64,000 nucleotides of DNA, taken from Klebsormidium nitens (taxonomy: Eukaryota > Plantae > Klebsormidiophyceae). Below are positions 58,026 through 64,000 of the stretch, in pieces (position 1 is the first letter of the stretch; each line of letters opens with the position of its first letter). The position numbers and the translations under genes are program-made. Below the pieces are notes generated by a model. It had not been told where the DNA came from and searched no databases. It saw only the letters and a program-made list of their open reading frames with translations. The stretch is taken from contig DF237029.1 of assembly GCA_000708835.1 (NCBI GenBank), forward strand, positions 148,658 to 212,657, in the 5' to 3' direction.

Positions 58026-60272
58026 ATGGGATCCAGGGATGGACAGCGGCCAGTCGGCAGGTCCCCTTCAGTCGATGATCTGTTCGCTCCCATGCTGCAG
58101 ATGCAGATGCAGGGAGATGAGGAGGACAGGAAACCAGGGCTGCATCTGCCTGATTATCCTCTGCCAGGTTCAGGAGGACCACGGCCATCAGGTAAAGGTC
58201 GGCCAAAGTGTTTGAATGTCGTGTCTGCAGGCTCAGAACCTGCGTTCTGAACAAACTTCAAAGCCTTATTTTTGTCTCCAGTGCAGAGGAGAAGCTTGCG
58301 GCGCTGACTCTGATGTGTCCTACTGTATGGTTGTTCTGTATGTATGAGCTTCAAGGTTGACTTGTTGATCGAGGATGGATGCATTCTGCTCCTGCTGTTC
58401 CCTTCCAAGGTCTATTTCTGACCCATGAGCTGGCTGGCATGGATGAGACACAGAGACTGGTTCTTGTTGTGCTTAGCTTGCAAGTGAGCTGTGTTGGACT
58501 TCTTTCCAATGCGTAAAAGGGGAGGCCAGTGGTAATATGAGTCGGTTTGTTTGCTCTTGTTATATGCATGAGATTTCCTGCTGTGTTTCCTTCATCTGCT
58601 TCTTTCATCCTTCCCAGTCTGCTCTGAGGCTAGCATGTTTGATGGTACCCCAAGATGATTCACGCTTTTACTTAGTCTTTGTTCGCCAATCTTCCTGTAG
58701 CTGTTATTATCTTGGACATTTTTGCTGGCAGCAAGTGCACCTACCCTACACATTGAGTTGTTCGAGACTCAGAATCGTCGCTTGAACGACTGGAGCACGA
58801 GGCACTGTGCTTCAGCTTAGATCCTGCACCCTTTCGTAGTTTAAAAGTGCGCCAATGTGCAAAGCACGCACTCCTTTGGGCTACGAAAACACTTATACAC
58901 CGAGTTTGGCTGCTAGCTGCCAATCGTAAAGCAGACACTGTAGTGCTTGGGCACTCATCATGGCAATCAGTTGCAAAAGAAGCTGCCCAGAGGCCCGATG
59001 ATTTCTTCCTACTGCGAGCAGTTTCGTTTGTGCTTGAAATTCTTCACTTAGTGGTGACCTTCTCATCAGTGCCCGCTTTGCAGTGGAAGGCGGACAGTGA
59101 TTGGCCACGCGCCAACTTGTGCCTTTTGCACTCTAGCAAGCCACGCTACTTCGTTTTCTTGCACAATAGCAAAAGTGCCTGACGCATAAGCATATTCGCA
59201 TTCAAAAGGTCAGTCAACCTATGAGGCAATCAAAATCTTGCATGCCGGTCTCAACCCCTGTCTCTTCTCCCAGGTGGCAACTACAGCAGCATCCCGCCCA
59301 ACACCTCTCCCCGCCCCTCTGCGGCCGACAATGCCAGTTCCCTGATGCCCCCCCCCAGCACCAGCCGCTACACTTCAGCCGCTGGGCCCCCTCCCCCCCA
59401 GGACAGCGGCCAGTTCCGGGACGCAAAGTCTCCTCAAGCCGGTGAGATCACGGCTGCTGGGGAGCACCCGCGCAAAGTGGCGGAGGGCCTGCACGACGGC
59501 CGGTTGTCCAACCCGACATCGGATGATGACGGAGGGTTGGGCCAGGAGGGATCCGATGAGCGGAAGCAGAAGAGGATGCTGTCCAACAGGGAGTCGGCGC
59601 GCAGGTCCAGGATGAGGAAGCAGCAGCATCTCGATGAGCTCAAGGCACAGGTGGGGCGCATTGCCTCCTTGTGGACGGGGACACAGCAGGATGAGTGTGT
59701 TTTAATGGTGGATCTCAAGGCAGCAGCCATGGAGTAGAAGGTGGATGAGTCCAAGAGCAGGGTTGCAGCCTGGTTTGTCTGCATTGACGCTTTATAGGGC
59801 GTCTACTTGAGGGCTTTCATTGAGGCGGAGGCCTGACACTGCATCAAGCTGTCCATCAAGGGGCTGCGTGGCAATTGGCTGCCAGTAATTGTGCTCAGTA
59901 TGACGTTGCAAAATTCAACGTGCTTACCTCTTTTGGCCAGTACAGAGTTGCATGCTGCTCTGAATCTCTGTGCCTCTACACGAATCCAGGGCTCGGACTG
60001 CCCAGCGATCCGCATCTCTTGCTTCAGCATTTTGGATGCACTTCCGAAGTATCTCCACTTGCATCGTCCAGGTGGCGCAATTGCGCGCAGAGAACCACCA
60101 CATGGCCCAGAAGTACAGCATCGCCGCTCGGCACTACGCGCAGCTGAACGAGGAGAACCGCATGCTGCGGCACCACGCCGTTGACCTCAGCAGGACGCTC
60201 CACAGACTCGAGGCCGTCGCACGCCCAGGAATTGGCGGAATGGGAGGCGGGGGCTACCCTCATCCGAGATGA
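58026..60272 (+). CDS. bZIP transcription factor with a group S-like basic region, 247 aa
   Basis: Exons 58026-58191, 59274-59650, 60072-60272 (744 nt). Basic region [40 protein letters not shown] followed by the zipper (..Y..L.EENRMLR....DLSRTL). Confidence 0.88.
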
Positions 60273-62052
60273 AAAGGCTTGGGGAGGGGGTGTGGGGTGG
60301 GTTTTGGAATGTGAATTTTGAGGTTAGCCGAGCTTCTCTGGGGGTGTGTACAGCAGAAGCCTTTGTACGTTGGGAGGTAGCGGCGGAGGAATAAGTGCGC
60401 GACGGAGGAGCCATCTCTGAGTGTCTCTGTGTTTCTCACCAACAGAATAAAGCAGCCGAAAGAAACGCGGCTGTGGTGTGATGGGGAGCAGGGAATCTTT
60501 GTTCGTAAGCCAGGTTGGTCCAGGTCATACTGGACTGATGGGAAGCCACTGGCAGCTTCTTCAGAGAGTGTTAGAAATGCATACCACGAGCAGCAAGGCC
60601 GGTGTAGATGCTTGTATCCAAGGCTGGGCCATCCTGCAAGTGAGTCTGGGAGGTTTTCGAGAAGAGATGCTTTGCGTAGGGGCAAGCAGCAGTAACGTAA
60701 TGGTTTTTGCTTATACACAACGACTAGTATGCACGTAATGACTCGAGGACGTACTTAGATTAGAGAGGAAGCGAACCGCTTGTTGGCAAGTCCGCTGATC
60801 CAAGCAGCAGCAATCGATGGTGCACCAGCTTTTCCAGCTTCTTCCGTAGCTTGTACAGCCTTGAAGATGGAACCGTCTTGAGAGCAGCGAGTGCCAACTT
60901 GCTGGGTGAGAAGCCGCAACCAAGCAGTCTTATACTAGTCAAATGTACGTTTCAAATACTCCTTTCAAAATCTTGACATGTGTTAATAGAACATCGGCCT
61001 TATCCAAGAAGCTGCAATCTTCGACTTCCTGATGTGAATCTCGGTGCTGCTTCGCTTCTAACATTGCTTGATTGCTGTGCGTGTCAAATGAGGCCACCAG
61101 CTTCCCAATTGTATCATTCTGATTCATCTCACTGAATCAAGCATGCATGTGTAACATAGGTAGAGGTGAAGCTGCATCAATTCGGTGACAATGATGGCTC
61201 GTCTATCCATATCAAAGAACATGCACGCGGCACTCGCGCAAGCTCAGTCCATGCATTTGGAGTTCATTTGCATCTTGATTCGTTTAGGTTTACTTCGAAG
61301 TCACTGCATGCATCATTACTTCTGTTGAAGTAGGACCGTCCGACGTGCGGCCTCCTTCGAAATCTCCCGCGTTTAATTGCCGACTAGCTAGGACCGTCTG
61401 TTTATAAGCATCACATGCCGCAGACTACGTACAACCGACTAGGGGCCGCCGCCCGTGCCCGAAGCCCATGTATATAAGTGCATGAGTCACTGACTCGCAC
61501 AAAGTACTACGTACAGGCCGGCCTTGACACGGTTGCTCTGAGTCGATATATCTTTAATGGGCAGACATGCCAGTGACTGGCTAGGGATTGCGAAGTTCGG
61601 CTATACCTGTGTCACTTCGTTGTACAATTCAAGCAGAGTAGCTCAATTCTTTATCAGGCAACATGTAGCGCACTTCTCAGCACATGGCGAACTTAAACCA
61701 ATCCTACTATCCTGTTCCATGAACTTGCACCGGATCAAGGGCGCCGCCCTGCTGGCCCTGGGTCAGATCAACATGTGTTGCGAGCATCTCAGAAGTCGTG
61801 CAATAACACTTTCTTATAATCTCAGTGTACACATGTTCCCGAGAAAGTGACTCATGGTCCATGCTTCAAAGGACATAGCCTCCGAGATTTTGAGTGACCA
61901 GAGTGGATTGGCTGCACCTGCGGTTCGCACGGGTGCCCGTGCACTTTGGACGACGCAAATTCCGCCACTGCCTGGCAAGTCTGAGGCGGCTGAAGATTGT
62001 GCAACCAGCAAGTAGCACAACTGTTTTTGTAAAAGCAATGAATCTTTTCTTG

Positions 62053-64000
62053 CTACAGCCCTGTCAGCTTTTGCCGCGGGTCCTTCAGCAAACTGTTCAT
62101 CTGCATAGTCCTATTCCGAAGAGCCGCAACGCTCCCCTCGCGCCTCCCTGCGAGCAGCGTATTCAGCTCAGCCTCGGCCTTCAGATTCGGGAAGACCAAC
62201 CTAGCTTGCCCCGCCGAAGCTTCAGTCCCCTCTCCTCCCCCCCTCCCACTTCCCCCCTCTGCACTCCCCCCCTCTTCAGAATTCAACGTTGCCGGAAACC
62301 GCGCAGGTGGGAGGAAGAACTCCCGGCGGATCTCCTCAGCTGTGGGCAGCAACCGTTCCGTTCCGTTCCCCGGCTCCGCCTCCTCCTTCGGATCGCTCAT
62401 CGCGTCCCGCGCGTCGGGCCCCGTCATCAGCGGCGGCACCGCCGCGACCGCCCGTAAACCCCAAACCCTGGAACCCTTCCTTTCGCCGCTCAGGCTCGTC
62501 GGCCCAGGTAACAGCGCGACCGCGCTCGCGGAGCCTACTTCTTGTGACGTCAGCGAGTCGTGGTACGGCTGTTCTACCGGTCGGATGAGGTGGTCGAGAT
62601 CCCGTCCCCAGGAGGGGAGCATAGGCGCGAGCGCGGGCGGGTCGAGCATGGCGGTCGCGGGGATGGAGGCGGGGTTTAAGGGTTTAAGGACGTCCGGAAG
62701 AGGGTGGTCCGCAACTGAGGGCGGTAGGATGTACGCAGGACCTGCAGAAGGGGAGGTGGAGAGACCCGTTGGATTGGTGCCACTTGGAGCAAGTAAATCA
62801 TCTCATCCAATCTGGCAAGGGCAAGAGTCAACAAGCTTTTTCAACATGGTAGTTCTGTTGCCGAGCAGATACGAGCAGCGTTCAAGTAACTCTTGTCCGC
62901 CCTTTCAGAAGTGGCCTCTGGCGGCTCGAAAAAACCTCCGGCGGAATCCAACGAATCCATCAACAGCGAGACTGCCAAGTGTGGACATTTCACCACATAA
63001 AACTGAAGCAGGAAGCAAATGCGCACGAAGCACTCGTATGAGCACAAGTGGCCACCAAGCAGGGTGTGCGCAGCCGCGCTTGAAAGCTCGCACGTCTGAA
63101 AATTCCAGAAGAGGGGGGTTCGTACCAGGCAGGAAGTTCTCTTCCTCTGCCCCCCCGAGCAGAGGCTGGTGCTGCATGAGGGGCACGTGGCTGCTGATGG
63201 GTGGGAAAGGCTGCGGTTTGTACCCCATCAGATTGCAACGGAGGGGCTCCTGCATGCGCAAAGTCCGACGAACGTCAGCCAGCGTATAGGATACGAGCAT
63301 GGGAAGGTCCAAAGTGCGCGCGTCATGCTTGGATGGTCAAACTCATCCAAATTGACGAACGGTGTGGCGAAGACAAGGGACAGAAATTGTTGACGCTGTC
63401 GGAGGGGCCGCACTTGAGAGCAGCTGAACTCATGGCAGACTCTCCTTACCTGCCGCCTTCTACTCTTCGGAGTGGTCTGATACTAGCAGACTTCCTCTGT
63501 CAGATGAGCAGAACCCAGCATCGATCGCTCCTGCTTATATGAATACGAGCAGGAACCATCCGCGGCAATCATCCCACCGGAACAAAACCTGATGGCGGTG
63601 GAGATTGAATCCTTTTCCTCTGCAACGGCCAGAGTTAGCCAAACAAGAACAAGCAAACGTCACATAAAAACGGGTCGCGGAAATACGTATTTGCTCCTTC
63701 GGTCATTCACCTTCAGCGGCAGCGGCTCGAGCGCGTCGAACTCTGCCACCTCAGGAACTTCCACCGGGGCATACTCCCGGGCACTCCCTTCCTCCCGCCG
63801 GTCTGGAAAGCGGCCGTCCTGAATCACCCATCGACCAGTATCCAGAATCGCCGAGACGCTTTCGTTGAAACCGCCAACGTTTAGAGCTGGGTTGGTGCTC
63901 CGGCTTCCGTCGACTAGGGCAGCGACGCCGGAACTCGTTCCCCCGGCTTCCCGTATGCACGACTGGAGGGCGCTCAAGCGGCGCTGCGCGCGGTTCCGGT
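62053..64000 (-). CDS. CFAP221: C-terminal part of a CFAP221/PCDP1-like cilia- and flagella-associated protein; 5' part outside the window
   Basis: Exons >64000-63711, 63249-63126, 62741-62053 (phases 0 and 1 consistent). Ordered motifs RNRAQRRLSAL, PLPLK|EPLRCNLMGYKPQPF, GGAEEE, MLDPPALA, LLPTAEEIRREF and RNRTMQMNSLL follow the recalled CFAP221 C-terminal order (..LSAV, FFNLQVP..YQPF, QGAEDE, MKPPEALA, LTPEMIKVEF, RNLR..LN). Confidence 0.65.

Noticed and set aside
62670-62690. Telomere-like ggggtttaagggtttaagg
   Set aside because: It lies within the CFAP221 coding exon (VLKPLNP) and has only two imperfect units.
1-64000. tRNA, rRNA, snoRNA genes and intact transposable elements
   Set aside because: No cloverleaf or rRNA motifs, no convincing paired C/D boxes, and no transposase, RT or integrase motifs were recognised by eye. 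tRNAscan-SE, Infernal and RepeatMasker would be needed to exclude them formally.

Overview
Eukaryotic, intron-rich nuclear DNA with canonical GT-AG introns and GC-rich exons. Gene content combines land-plant-type orthologues with a motile-cilium gene, which points to a streptophyte green alga, most likely Klebsormidium (inference). I could assemble 14 protein-coding loci by hand from splice sites and reading-frame phase: EDR4-like (+, 5' end outside the window), At5g61530-type RhoGAP (-), mitoribosomal mL59 (+), TRAF-type zinc-finger protein (-), single-domain expansin with a Pro/Thr-rich tail (+), Kelch-BTB-BACK protein (-), F-box SKIP24 (+), CHMP7 (-), PIG-V (+), a frameshifted Uma2/DUF820 nuclease-family gene (-), a class IV sirtuin (-), SDP1 TAG lipase (-), an S-type bZIP (+) and CFAP221/PCDP1 (-, 5' end outside the window). 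There are two N gaps (20366-20677, 52075-52760). I saw no rRNA, tRNA, CRISPR array or intact transposon. Most notable: (1) intronic tandem duplications seeded on exon-intron junctions that multiply splice sites, namely a 46-bp, TGACGTCA-containing array at a sirtuin 5' splice site and an approximately 126-bp triplication of a Kelch-BTB 3' splice site; (2) a cyanobacterial-type Uma2 gene with an intron, a transit-peptide-like N-terminus, a frameshift and loss of the catalytic Asp; (3) an expansin domain-1/AGP-like chimera; (4) a divergent SDP1/bZIP promoter carrying five bZIP-type motifs and uORFs. All family assignments rest on recalled motif similarity, not database searches.
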